A stretch of DNA of 64,000 nucleotides from Candidatus Eiseniibacteriota bacterium (lineage in GTDB: Bacteria; Eisenbacteria; RBG-16-71-46; CAZEPH01), in assembly GCA_044229145.1 (NCBI GenBank), contig JBGATO010000005.1:1-64000 (forward strand). The letters run 5' to 3'. Both the position numbers and the translations under genes were made by a program. The notes beneath the pieces are model-generated. The model had not been told where the DNA came from, did not search any database, and saw only the letters and a list, made by a program, of their open reading frames with translations. This document shows, in pieces, positions 52,647-62,782 of this stretch. The stretch's first letter is position 1. Every line of letters begins with the position of its first letter.

Positions 52647-54869
52647 CTAGCGCGTCACCACCCACCGCCACGTCCCCGTCAGCGCGCCTGCTTCGATTTG
52701 ACACAGATACAGGCCCGGACTCACGCGGCGTCCGGTGGCGTCTCGCCCGTCCCAGTCCACGCGGTGCGCGCCCGGCGCGTACTGCACACCCGCCGCCAGC
52801 GTCCGCACCGCGCGGCCGTGCACGTCGAACACACGCGCCGTGACCGCTGCCTCGCGCCCAAGGTCGAAACCGAGCGCGGTCTGCGCGACGAACGGGTTCG
52901 GCCCGCTCTGGTACACACGCAGCGACGGCGTCGCGGGCGGCGGCGTCACGCCGACGGTGTTGAGCGAGTCGTAGATGAACGCCACGTACTCGGGGTGGTC
53001 GACGAACGGGTTGCGGTTGTGCTGGATGGCGTAGATGGCGCCGTTGCGCATGCGCTCCTTCCAGCTCACGGGGTCGGCGTTGCACCACGCCATGTACTGC
53101 GCGACCGCCCACTGCGTGAAGTCGCCGTTCGACCAACACGGGCTGCCGGGCCAGCCGCTGTTCTCGCCGTAGTAGCGCGTGGCGATGTAGAACTGGCTGC
53201 GCATGAGATCGCCCTTGTAGCCGTCGATCGGCTCGAAGACGATGCCGGAGTAGCCGGCCGTCACGCTGTTCCCGAGCTTGCTGCCGTTGAGCGACGTGGT
53301 GGTCGGCGTGCCGACGGTGCCGTACGGGTAGTTGGCGCGGTAGCCGTTCACCTTGGCGTCGGTCGGGTACAGATTCCAGCAGTCCGAATAGAGCGGGCCG
53401 GATCCGTTGAACCACGACTGCGGGAACGAGTGCTCGCGGTTGTAGCCGAGTCCTTCCGTCGCGCCCTGACCGGTCTGGCCGAAGCTGTACTCGTACGGGG
53501 GCGTGCCGCCGGGGACGTCCGAATACGGGTCCCACACCTTGCCGTTCGGCTTGACGTCGGTGGTCTCGAACGCGGTGAGCACCTGCGAGTAGCTGATGAC
53601 GGTGTGATTCTTGATGATGTTGTGCAGCGCGATGCGCAGCGCGGAGCCGCGCAGGCCGGCCACCGAGTCGTAGTAGCCGGCGGGAATCGTCACGTCGACG
53701 TAGTTGAAGCTGCGCGTGGCGCCGTAGGCCACGTCGCCGGTGGAGTCGGCGACGCCGTTGACGGTCAGCGTCTGCGTGCCGGCGGTGACCCCGCGCACGG
53801 TGATCAGCACCTGCGACGGGTTCGCCACGTCCTGCACGGCGGAGACCGCACCATGCGTGCCGATCGTGTAGTTCGCCGGGTTCTGCGACGACACGCCGCT
53901 CACCGTCTCGCTATAGAACACGAGGAACGTCGAGTCGCTCATCTCGCCCACCGAGAGAACCGACGGCGGCACGCCGCCGCCGCCACCGGGAATCGTGTAG
54001 CTGCGGACGGTGGACGAGCTGGTGGTCGAATCGGTGTCGGCCTTGATCTGGTAGTAGATGGTTGCGCCGCCGGCCTGGCCGGGGATCTGCGCGCTGGTGC
54101 GGTAGGTGTCGCCGGTCAGGAGCGTCATGCCGATCGCGTTCGGCAATGAACCGGAGGACATGCCCCACGACAGCACGACAGCGGTGATCGCGTTCGTGGT
54201 GTCCACGACGCTCGCCTGCACATCGACCGGATTGCCGACACCCGGGGATGCCGGGTCCGTGACGATGTTCGAGATCACCGGGCCGCTCGGCGGCGGCGGC
54301 GTGGAGCCGTTGTGTGTGCCGGGGTTGGCGTCGGTGGCCAGCGTGCGCGCGGTGATCGTCCACTCGGCCGGGTTGTAGTTCGGGTTCGGCGTCGAGATGT
54401 TCGCGTTGCGCGACATCTCGGAGTCCTTGAACAGCGTGCCGGTGGCCTGCACCTTGTCGACGATGGTCGTGGTCATGCCGTCGAAGTACACCAGCTTGGC
54501 GCCGTCGTTGATCTGGCCGTTCCAGTTGAAGTTGGTCGGGTTGACCGGCTGTGACCACGTCGCCTTCTGGAAGTTCACGGTGAACGCGGTGGTCGGGTTG
54601 GGCGCGCCGCAGACCAGCGCCTGGCCTGCCGCGATGGTGCCGGAGAGCGGCCAGGTCTCGACGTCGACACCGTTGCCGATGGCGATCACCGACCAGCCGG
54701 ACAAGTTCACGGCGGCCGGCCCGCTGTTGTAGATCTCGATGAAGCGGTCGGTCAGGTAGTTGTTCTGCGGATCGCACAACTCCGACAGGATGAGGTCCGC
54801 CCGAGCCGCGGAAGCGGTCAGGCACGCCGCCAGCGACGCGGCGGCGGACAGCGCGAGATGCTTTGTCAC
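52647..54869 (-). CDS. Extracellular endonuclease I family nuclease with lamin-tail domain and FlgD-Ig/T9SS-like C-terminal domain
   Basis: Signal peptide. LILSE...FIEIYN...VNLSGW (LTD). YNREHSFPQSWF, NGYRANYPYG, FEP.D.YKGD, DPV..KE..RN, QHNRNPFVDHP. CTD: PNPF...FDVHGR...WDGRD..G..V.PGLY. Confidence 0.92.
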   Translation of the reverse strand: MTKHLALSAAASLAACLTASAARADLILSELCDPQNNYLTDRFIEIYNSGPAAVNLSGWSVIAIGNGVDVETWPLSGTIAAGQALVCGAPNPTTAFTVNFQKATWSQPVNPTNFNWNGQINDGAKLVYFDGMTTTIVDKVQATGTLFKDSEMSRNANISTPNPNYNPAEWTITARTLATDANPGTHNGSTPPPPSGPVISNIVTDPASPGVGNPVDVQASVVDTTNAITAVVLSWGMSSGSLPNAIGMTLLTGDTYRTSAQIPGQAGGATIYYQIKADTDSTTSSSTVRSYTIPGGGGGVPPSVLSVGEMSDSTFLVFYSETVSGVSSQNPANYTIGTHGAVSAVQDVANPSQVLITVRGVTAGTQTLTVNGVADSTGDVAYGATRSFNYVDVTIPAGYYDSVAGLRGSALRIALHNIIKNHTVISYSQVLTAFETTDVKPNGKVWDPYSDVPGGTPPYEYSFGQTGQGATEGLGYNREHSFPQSWFNGSGPLYSDCWNLYPTDAKVNGYRANYPYGTVGTPTTTSLNGSKLGNSVTAGYSGIVFEPIDGYKGDLMRSQFYIATRYYGENSGWPGSPCWSNGDFTQWAVAQYMAWCNADPVSWKERMRNGAIYAIQHNRNPFVDHPEYVAFIYDSLNTVGVTPPPATPSLRVYQSGPNPFVAQTALGFDLGREAAVTARVFDVHGRAVRTLAAGVQYAPGAHRVDWDGRDATGRRVSPGLYLCQIEAGALTGTWRWVVTR

Positions 54870-55019
54870 GAGTGATGCACCTTTCGGGAGAGTGCGGGGC
54901 GGCCGCGCGCGGGGGCGCAGGATGCAGGCTGCCCTGTGCGAGTCGAGAGTGCGCGTTTCCGGCGCCTGCTCAAGGGTGGCGCCCTCAAGTGTACCGCGCC
55001 CGCCGGAGGAGGGTAAAGA

Positions 55020-55415
55020 TCATCGTCCCCCGCCGGGGGATTGCCCCACAGGTCCGCGCGGGGCGCCGCGCGTCGATTCGCACACCACGAATTCTTCGTC
55101 GGCGACGGCGGGTGCCGGCCCGACGTGGCCTGAACTGCTGAAGTCGTTGGCATGCCAGGAGATTTCGACCTCGTGCCCCCGGGGCACCTCGATCGTCCGC
55201 ACCTCGAAGTTGAAGACCTCGTCGTCCCACACGACGGCGCCATCGACGAGGACGGTCACCGAGACCGGGCGATTGCAGCCGTTGCGGAACGTCAGGCGGA
55301 CGTCGCCGTCGAAACATCCGGCGGATGCGGCGAGCACGAGGACGGCGAGGCTGCGGACCGCCAGGGCCGGCGTCCTCGGACACCGAGTCGTCCACGACGA
55401 ATCGCTCTCGTCCAT
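55020..55415 (-). CDS. Putative small lipoprotein
   Basis: GGAGGG SD. Hydrophobic stretch then SAGC lipobox-like site. Beta-rich mature part. Confidence 0.5.
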   Translation of the reverse strand: MDESDSSWTTRCPRTPALAVRSLAVLVLAASAGCFDGDVRLTFRNGCNRPVSVTVLVDGAVVWDDEVFNFEVRTIEVPRGHEVEISWHANDFSSSGHVGPAPAVADEEFVVCESTRGAPRGPVGQSPGGGR

Positions 55416-55636
55416 CTGCCCTCCGGCGGCGCGGCGTGGCGGCCGCGCGCGGGAGAATCGTATCGCGCCAGGCCAGGCGCGCTGCGGCCCAGTGGTGCCG
55501 CGGCCGCTGCCCCGGATGTCGCCCTGCGAACCGCCTGACGCCCCGCCGCACGGTGGCGAAGTGGACCTGCGCACCCGCTCCCCGGCCCGCCATCGGCTGC
55601 GGCCCAGGCGCCTGCGGTCGTGCTATCCTGCCCGGC

Positions 55637-57334
55637 ATGAGCGAATCCACCACCACACCGCCCGTCCGCACGGACTTCCTCCGTGACATCGTGTCCACCG
55701 ATCTGCGCGAAGGGCGCACCGCGAGCGTCGTGACGCGGTTTCCGCCCGAGCCCAACGGCTATCTGCACATCGGCCACGCCAAGTCGATCTGCCTGAACTT
55801 CGGCATCGCCCAGGAGTTCGGCGGCCGCTGCCACCTGCGCTTCGACGACACCAACCCGACGAAGGAAGAGCAGGAGTACATCGACGCGATCCAGGCGGAC
55901 ATCCGCTGGCTCGGCTTCCAGTGGGACGACCACCTCTACTTCGCCTCGGATTATTTCGAACAGTTGTACGAGTGGGCGTGTCACTTGATCCGCACCGGCA
56001 AGGCGTACGTCGACGATCTCAGCGCCGACGAAATTCGCGCCTATCGCGGCACGCTGACCGAGCCGGGACGCGAGAGTCCGTGGCGCGGACGCAGCGTCGA
56101 GGAGAATCTCGACCTGTTCGCCCGCATGCGGGCCGGCGAGTTCGCCGACGGCAGCCGCGTGCTGCGCGCCCGCATCGACATGAGTTCGGGCAACATCAAC
56201 CTGCGCGATCCGGTGCTGTACCGCATCCTGCGCGCCGAGCATCCGCGCACCGGCACCGCCTGGTGCATCTACCCGACGTACGACTTCGCGCACGGCCAGT
56301 CGGACGCCATCGAGGGCATCACGCACTCGATCTGCACGCTGGAGTTCGCGGATCACCGCCCGCTGTACGACTGGTGCCTCGAGAATCTGCCGGTGCCGTC
56401 GCGGCCGCGGCAGTTCGAGTTCGCGCGGCTGAATCTCACCTACACGGTGATGTCGAAGCGGCATCTGTTGCGCCTGGTCAAGGACGGTCACGTGCGCGGC
56501 TGGGACGATCCGCGCATGCCGACGTTGTCGGGGATGCGCCGCCGCGGCTTCCCTGCCGAGGCCCTGCGCCAGTTCGTGCGCGAAACCGGCGCGGCGAAGG
56601 CGGACAGCGTCAACGAAGTCGAGATGCTCGAACACTCGGTGCGCGACGTGTTGAACAAGAAGGCGCTGCGCCGTTTCGCGGTGCTCGATCCGCTCAAGGT
56701 CGTCCTCGAGAACTACCCGGAAGGCCAGACCGAGGAGATGGAGGTCGCGAACAATCCGGAGGATCCGAACGCCGGCGCGCGCCGCGTGCCGTTCGGCCGC
56801 GAGCTGTGGATCGAACGCGACGACTTCATGGAAGACCCGCCGAAGAAGTTCTTCCGCATGGCGCCGGGGCGCGAGGTGCGGTTGCGCGCGGCGTACTTCG
56901 TGACCTGCCAGGAAGTGGTGAAGGACGCCGACGGCCGCGTCGTCGAACTGCGCTGCACGTACGATCCGGAGACCCGCGGCGGCAGCGCGCCGGACGGCCG
57001 CAGCCCCAAGGCGACGCTGCACTGGGTCTCGGCGGCGCATGGCGTGGCGGCGGAAGTTCGCGTCTACGACCGCCTCTTCCGCACCCCGACGCCGGGCGCC
57101 GGCGGCGACGTGTTCGCCGACATCAACCCGGACTCCGAGCAGGTGCGCCGCGGCTGCGTGCTGGAGCCGTCGCTGGCCGAGATCCCGGCGGGCGAAACGG
57201 TCCAATTCGAGCGTCTCGGCTACTTCTGCGCGGATCGTGAATCCGCGCCGGGCGCCGTGGTGTTCAACCGCACCCTGACGCTGCGCGACAGCTGGGCCAA
57301 ACTTCAGGCCACTGGACGCCACGATGGGGCTTGA
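55637..57334 (+). CDS. glnS: Glutaminyl-tRNA synthetase (no C-terminal YqeY domain)
   Basis: [61 protein letters not shown]. Confidence 0.97.
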   Translation: MSESTTTPPVRTDFLRDIVSTDLREGRTASVVTRFPPEPNGYLHIGHAKSICLNFGIAQEFGGRCHLRFDDTNPTKEEQEYIDAIQADIRWLGFQWDDHLYFASDYFEQLYEWACHLIRTGKAYVDDLSADEIRAYRGTLTEPGRESPWRGRSVEENLDLFARMRAGEFADGSRVLRARIDMSSGNINLRDPVLYRILRAEHPRTGTAWCIYPTYDFAHGQSDAIEGITHSICTLEFADHRPLYDWCLENLPVPSRPRQFEFARLNLTYTVMSKRHLLRLVKDGHVRGWDDPRMPTLSGMRRRGFPAEALRQFVRETGAAKADSVNEVEMLEHSVRDVLNKKALRRFAVLDPLKVVLENYPEGQTEEMEVANNPEDPNAGARRVPFGRELWIERDDFMEDPPKKFFRMAPGREVRLRAAYFVTCQEVVKDADGRVVELRCTYDPETRGGSAPDGRSPKATLHWVSAAHGVAAEVRVYDRLFRTPTPGAGGDVFADINPDSEQVRRGCVLEPSLAEIPAGETVQFERLGYFCADRESAPGAVVFNRTLTLRDSWAKLQATGRHDGA

Positions 57335-57379
57335 GCGCGGAGGCGTGACCGGCTAGAATCCTCCCTCCGCACCAGGCGA

Positions 57380-57454
57380 TGGCGAGTGGCCAAACGGTAA
57401 GGCACCTGACTCTGGATCAGGGGATTGAAGGTTCGAATCCTTCCTCGCCAGCCA
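57380..57454 (+). tRNA. tRNA-Gln (anticodon CUG)
   Basis: TGGCGAG/CTCGCCA acceptor stem, CCTGA-CT-CTG-GA-TCAGG anticodon arm, GGTTCGAATCC, 3' GCCA. Promoter TTGAGC(57331)-N17-TAGAAT(57354). Confidence 0.96.
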
Positions 57455-57539
57455 TCCTTCGGAATTGTCGGACTCTCCCGAGACCCTTCCCTGTTCCCGC
57501 GTGTCCTTCTGTCTGTGGTCCGGCGCGCCGTGGCTCGCG

Positions 57540-59684
57540 CTACTTGACCGGCGCCGGCACCGGGAAGCCGCGCTTGCGCATCAGCGCGTCGGTCGACACG
57601 TCGCGGCCGCGGAAGGCGCGGAACTCGGCCGCCTGATCCTGCGTGTTGCCGGCTGCCAGCACCGTCGACTTGAAGCGCGCCGCGGTGGCCGCATCCCACG
57701 GACCGCCGGCCTCGAGGAACGCCTCCCACGCATCGGCGGTGAGCGCGTCCGACCACAGATACGAGTAGTAGCCGGCCGAATAGTCGTCGGTGGCGAACAC
57801 GTGCGCGAACTGCGGAATGCGGTGGCGCATGACGATCTCCGCCGGCATTCCGAGCTTCGCGAGTTCGTCGCGCTCGAACGCGCGCGCGTCGATGGGCCCG
57901 GCGCCCGCCAAGTGCAGCTTCATGTCGATGAGCGCCGACGCAAGATACTCCACCGTGTCGAAGCCAATGTTGAACCGCTTCGCCTTCTCGATCTTCGCCA
58001 ACAGCGACTCCGGCATCGGTTCGCCGGTGCGGTAGTGCGTCGCGAAGCGGCTCAGGATCTCGTGCGTCGGGAACCACTGCTCGTTGATCTGCGAGGGGAA
58101 CTCCGCGAAATCCTGCGCGACGTTGGTGCAGGAGAGCGTCGGGTAGTCGACGTTCGACAACAGGCCGTGCAGCGCGTGGCCGAACTCGTGGAACATCGTC
58201 ACCGCGTCGTTCCAGCCGATCAGCACCGGCTCGCCCGGCTGCCCCTTCACGAAGTTCGAGTTGTTCGACACGATGGGACGCTGGCCGCCATCCATCATGG
58301 ACTGCAGGCGCCACTCGACCATCCACGCGCCGGAGCCTTTGCCGGCTCGCGCGTACGGATCGAGATACCACAGGCCAAGATGCGCGCCCTGCGCGTCGGT
58401 GACCTCCCACACGCGGACGTCGGGATGCTGCACGCTCTGCTCAGGCAGCGCGACGAAGTGCATGCCGTACAGCGTCTCGGCGGCCCAGAACATGCCGTCG
58501 CGCAGCTTGTCGAGTTGCAGGTACGGCTTCACCTGCTCGAAGTCGAGGTCGTATTGCGCCTTGCGCAGCTTCTCGGCGTAGTAGCGGTAATCCCACGGGG
58601 CGATGCGCACCCCGGCGCCTTCGCCGTCGGCGATCGCCTGCATCGCGGCGACGTCGTCGCGCACTTGCGCGACCGCCGGCGTCCACACCGACTCCATGAG
58701 GCGCATCGCGTTGTCGGGCGTCGCCGCCATCTGCGGCTCGAGCCGCCAGTGCGCGTGCGTGGCGTAGCAAAGAAGTTGCGCGCGCTCGTACCGCAGCTGC
58801 AAGATTTCGGTGACCAGCGCGTTGTTGTCGGTGGAATCGCGGTTGTCGCCACGATTGACGAAGACCGTCCACACCGCCTGCCGCGCCGCGCGATCGTGCA
58901 CGAACGTCAAGAACGGCTCCACCGACGACCGCGTGTTGGCGATCACCCACTTCCCCGCCAGGCCACGCTCGGTGGCCGCCTGCGCCGCCGCCTCGCGCAG
59001 GTCGGCGGGCAGGCCATCGACCTGCTGCGCGTCGTCGAAGACCGTGAAGCGCTTCTCTTCGTCGTCGAGGAGATGCTGGCTGAATTCGGTGAAGCACGAC
59101 GCGAGGCGCTGGTTGATCGCGCTGAGTCGTTCCTTCTTCGCCGCATCGAGCGCCGCGCCGGCGCGCACGAAGCGGCGGTAGTAGACCCACGCCAGCCGCT
59201 GCTGTTCCGGCGTCAACCCGCTCGACTCACGCGCTGCGTAGACCGCGGCGATGCGCGCGAACAGTCCCGTGTTCTGCGTGATCTCATCGTCGAACGCGGC
59301 GAGCACCGGCGACAGCGACTCCTGCACCTTCTGCATCGCGTCGAGATTGAGCGTCGACGTGTAGACCTCGTAGAACGCCCCGACGCGCCTGCGGGTCGCA
59401 CCGCTGCGCTCGAGCGCCAGGATCGTGTTGTCGAAGGTCGGAGGCGCCGGGTCGTCGACGATGGCGCGCAGCTCGGCGCGCTGCTCGTCCATCGCGATGC
59501 GGAATGCCGGCACGAACTCGTCGACGCGCGCGACGCTCCAGTCCGGCGCGCCGCCGTGCGGCCCGGTCCACGGATCGAGCATACGCGGACGTCGCGCGGC
59601 ATCGGCCCGCGGTGCCATCAGTGTCACGAAGAGCGCGACCGCGGTGCATGCGAGGGCGACTTCCACTACGGGGAAAAATGACAT
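57540..59684 (-). CDS. M3 family metallopeptidase (peptidyl-dipeptidase Dcp-like), secreted, paralog 1
   Basis: PTFDNTI, GAWM, FHEFGHALH, DFAEFPSQ, YSAGYYSY.W, FRGR. Signal peptide. AAGGAG SD. Confidence 0.93.
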   Translation of the reverse strand: MSFFPVVEVALACTAVALFVTLMAPRADAARRPRMLDPWTGPHGGAPDWSVARVDEFVPAFRIAMDEQRAELRAIVDDPAPPTFDNTILALERSGATRRRVGAFYEVYTSTLNLDAMQKVQESLSPVLAAFDDEITQNTGLFARIAAVYAARESSGLTPEQQRLAWVYYRRFVRAGAALDAAKKERLSAINQRLASCFTEFSQHLLDDEEKRFTVFDDAQQVDGLPADLREAAAQAATERGLAGKWVIANTRSSVEPFLTFVHDRAARQAVWTVFVNRGDNRDSTDNNALVTEILQLRYERAQLLCYATHAHWRLEPQMAATPDNAMRLMESVWTPAVAQVRDDVAAMQAIADGEGAGVRIAPWDYRYYAEKLRKAQYDLDFEQVKPYLQLDKLRDGMFWAAETLYGMHFVALPEQSVQHPDVRVWEVTDAQGAHLGLWYLDPYARAGKGSGAWMVEWRLQSMMDGGQRPIVSNNSNFVKGQPGEPVLIGWNDAVTMFHEFGHALHGLLSNVDYPTLSCTNVAQDFAEFPSQINEQWFPTHEILSRFATHYRTGEPMPESLLAKIEKAKRFNIGFDTVEYLASALIDMKLHLAGAGPIDARAFERDELAKLGMPAEIVMRHRIPQFAHVFATDDYSAGYYSYLWSDALTADAWEAFLEAGGPWDAATAARFKSTVLAAGNTQDQAAEFRAFRGRDVSTDALMRKRGFPVPAPVK

Positions 59685-59727
59685 CGACTGCTCCTTTCCA
59701 CGTGCCGCGCCGTGCGGCGGGCGCCGC

Positions 59728-60438
59728 CTAGTCGGCCACGCCATCGTGATTCTCGTCGCGGATGACGCGCAGCGCGCGCTGGACGTTGGCGGCAATCGTC
59801 GAGGCGTTCGCCGGATCGGTGGGATCGAGAGGCCCCCCAGTGTCGACGAACCACGCCGACACGTTTGCGATCACCGTGAGTGATGTGGTGGGGTGCGCCG
59901 CGGTCAGCTCCACGCTTGGCGTCAGGCCGAGCGCGAGCGTGCTCTTGATCGCGCTGATGAAGCGGAACGGCGTGATCGTCTCGCCGTCGCGCGTGTAGCC
60001 GTCGACGATGAGGCTCGTCACCTCCGCCTGCTGCGCGAAGTCGGTGAACGGCGCTTGCAGCGACTCCGGCAGCGCGGTGAGTTCGCTGTCGGCAAGCGGC
60101 CGCAATTCGCACGTGACACGCGAGAACGCGGTCAACGGCGCGCTGCCGGAGAACGCGAGCCGCGGTGGCCCACTGAGCGGCACATCGAGCACGCGCGGCG
60201 TGGTCGTGAGGTCGTAGCTCGCGCCGGAGGGCGTGACGCGGAAACTGCGCACCAGGAGTCGCGCGCGCGTGATGCGCACCGAGTCGAGTCCCGCCACCGG
60301 CTGCACGACGCCCGCGGCCGCCTCGCCGGCGACGTACACCGCGACGCGTCCCGGCACATCCGGCTGCGAACTCGACGAGCACGCGGCGAACGCCGCCGCC
60401 ACGCACACCGTCGCCACCGCGAAACCGGCATGCGTCAT
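59728..60438 (-). CDS. Lipoprotein of unknown function (DUF4382/DUF5666-like)
   Basis: Lipobox FAAC followed by a Ser linker. Beta-rich. C-terminal WF...LDP.D..N...I..N...D.NHDG.AD. ATGA-coupled to the upstream peptidase. Confidence 0.7.
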   Translation of the reverse strand: MTHAGFAVATVCVAAAFAACSSSSQPDVPGRVAVYVAGEAAAGVVQPVAGLDSVRITRARLLVRSFRVTPSGASYDLTTTPRVLDVPLSGPPRLAFSGSAPLTAFSRVTCELRPLADSELTALPESLQAPFTDFAQQAEVTSLIVDGYTRDGETITPFRFISAIKSTLALGLTPSVELTAAHPTTSLTVIANVSAWFVDTGGPLDPTDPANASTIAANVQRALRVIRDENHDGVAD

Positions 60439-62591
60439 TGCGTCTTCTCCGGCGCCGGAGCCATGAATCCGCGCATCCGCATGTAGGCGTCGGTGTTCAC
60501 GTCACGGCCGCGGAACGCACGGAATTGCTCCGCCTGATCCACCGTGTTGCCGCGCGAGAGGATGGTGTCCTTGAAGCGCGCCGCCACGGTGTGATCCCAC
60601 GGCCCCTTTCCCTCGAGGAAGGCATCCCACGCATCGGCGGTCAGCGCGTCGGCCCAGAGATACGAGTAATAGCCCGCCGAGTAGTTATCGCCCGCGAACA
60701 CGTGACTGAACTGCGTCGTGCGGTGGCGCATGACGATCTCGCGCGGCATGCCGAGCTTCTCGAGCTCGGTGCGCTCGAACGTGTCGGGATCGATCGGCCC
60801 GGCGCCCGCGAGGTGCAGCTTCATGTCGATGAGGGCAGACGACAGGTATTCGACGGTCTCGAAGCCGACGTTGAAGCGCTTCGCCTTTTCGATCTTGGCG
60901 AGCAGCGTGGCCGGCATCGGCTTGCCGGTCTTGTAGTGCACCGCGAACTGCTGCAGCACCTCCGGCGTGCTCAGCCAATGCTCGTTGATCTGCGACGGAA
61001 ACTCGACGAAGTCGCGCGCCACGGAGGTGCCGGCGAGCGTCGGGTATTGCACGTGCGACTGCAACCCGTGCAGCGCGTGCCCGAACTCGTGGAACATCGT
61101 CTCGGCGTCGGACCACGAAATCAGCACCGGCGCGCCATCGGCGCCCTTCACGAAATTCGAGTTGTTGGACACGATGGGCGTGACCGCGCCGTCGAAGGCC
61201 TCCTGATTGCGGTACGCATTCATCCACGCACCCGACCGCTTGCCCGCCCGCGCGTAGGGATCGAAGTACCAGTAGCCCACGTGAGCGCCAGCGTCGCCGG
61301 TGACCTCCCACACGCGGACGTCGGGATGCTGCGTCGGGAATCCCGGCTGCGGCGTGAAGTGCAGGCCGTAGAGCTGGCCCGCGGCCCAGAACATGCCCTC
61401 GCGCAGCTTCTCGAGTTGCAGGTACGGCTTCACGTCGTTGAAGTCGAGGTCGTAGAGCTTCTTCCGCAGCTTTTCGGCGTAGAAGCGGTAGTCCCACGGC
61501 TGGAGGCGGAAACCCGCGCCCTCGGCGTCGGCGATTTCCTGCATCGCGGCGACGTCCGCGTGTACCTGCGCGACCGCGGGCTTCCACACCTGCAACATCA
61601 AGTCGAGTGCGCGCTCCGGCGTGCCGGCCATCTGCGGCTCGACCCGCCACGCCGCGTGATTGGCGTAGCCGAGGAGCTGCGCGCGTTCGTAGCGCAGCTG
61701 CAAGATCTCGGTGACGATCGCCGAGTTGTCCGTGGAGTCGCGGTTGTCGCCGCGCATGATGAAGGTCGTCCACACCTTCTGGCGCAGGTCCCGGTTCTCC
61801 GCGAACGACAAGAACGGCTCGACCGACGACCGTGTGTTGGCGATCAGCCACTTGCCGGCGAACCCGCGGTCGGTTGCCGCGCGAGCCGCCGCGGCGCGCA
61901 CGTCGTCTGGCACGCCAGCGAGACCGGACGCGTCCTCGATCAGCGTGAAGCGGCGCGTCTCGTCATCGAGCACGTTCTGGCTGAATTGCGTGAACAGCGT
62001 CGCGAGCCGCGTGTTGATGGCGGCGAGCCGCGCCTTCTTCCCCGCGTCGAGACGCGCGCCGGCGCGGACGAAACGGGTGTAGTAGTGCCACGCCAGCCGC
62101 TGTTGCTCGGGCGTGAGGCCGGAGGTCTGGCGCGCGGCGTACACCGCTTCGATGCGCGCGAACAGCGGCGCATTCTGGGTGATCTCGTCCTCGAACGCGG
62201 CGAGAATCGGCGCCACCTGCTTCTGGATCGCGGGCATCGGCCCGAGATTGAGCGTGCCGGCATGCACGTTGAACAACGTTTCGACACGCTCCCGCTCGCT
62301 GCCGGCGCGCTCCATCGCCGCGATCGTGTTGTCGAAGGTCGGCGGCGCAGGGTTGGCGACCAGCGCGCGCAGCTCGGCGCGTTCGTCGTCGAGCGCGATC
62401 GTGAACGCGCGGACGAATTCATCGGGGTGGACCTTCGACCAATCGGGCGCGCCGCCGTGCGCGCCGGTCCACGGATCGAGCATGGCGGGACGCGGCTCGG
62501 ACGCCGCGCGCGACGGGGACGCACTCACCAGGCAGATTCCTCCCAGCGCGACGGCCGCCGCAAATCGGCGCACCACGGGCAACACGGGCAT
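60435..62591 (-). CDS. M3 family metallopeptidase (peptidyl-dipeptidase Dcp-like), secreted, paralog 2
   Basis: GKRSGAWM, FHEFGHALH, RDFVEFPSQ, YSAGYYSYLW, FRGRD. Signal peptide. GGAG SD. Confidence 0.94.
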   Translation of the reverse strand: MPVLPVVRRFAAAVALGGICLVSASPSRAASEPRPAMLDPWTGAHGGAPDWSKVHPDEFVRAFTIALDDERAELRALVANPAPPTFDNTIAAMERAGSERERVETLFNVHAGTLNLGPMPAIQKQVAPILAAFEDEITQNAPLFARIEAVYAARQTSGLTPEQQRLAWHYYTRFVRAGARLDAGKKARLAAINTRLATLFTQFSQNVLDDETRRFTLIEDASGLAGVPDDVRAAAARAATDRGFAGKWLIANTRSSVEPFLSFAENRDLRQKVWTTFIMRGDNRDSTDNSAIVTEILQLRYERAQLLGYANHAAWRVEPQMAGTPERALDLMLQVWKPAVAQVHADVAAMQEIADAEGAGFRLQPWDYRFYAEKLRKKLYDLDFNDVKPYLQLEKLREGMFWAAGQLYGLHFTPQPGFPTQHPDVRVWEVTGDAGAHVGYWYFDPYARAGKRSGAWMNAYRNQEAFDGAVTPIVSNNSNFVKGADGAPVLISWSDAETMFHEFGHALHGLQSHVQYPTLAGTSVARDFVEFPSQINEHWLSTPEVLQQFAVHYKTGKPMPATLLAKIEKAKRFNVGFETVEYLSSALIDMKLHLAGAGPIDPDTFERTELEKLGMPREIVMRHRTTQFSHVFAGDNYSAGYYSYLWADALTADAWDAFLEGKGPWDHTVAARFKDTILSRGNTVDQAEQFRAFRGRDVNTDAYMRMRGFMAPAPEKTQ

Positions 62592-62782
62592 GACGACACA
62601 CTCCACGGGACTCGGACGGAACACGGGCCGGGAAGGCACAGGGGGCTGCGGTGCCGGCGACGAAGGACACGGAGGCCGTGACTGTACTGCAATTCCGCCG
62701 CCGCGTCCGCGCCGAAACCGGCCGGGTCCACGCGCCGAGTGCGTCCGGGACGCCGCCTGCGCCGCCTGCTAGGCTGCGCGCC

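Noticed and set aside
54870..55000. CGCACAGGGCA upstream of the endonuclease, resembling the start of a c-di-GMP-I riboswitch
   Set aside because: The following AAACC, GNRA loop and GACGCAAAG elements are absent.
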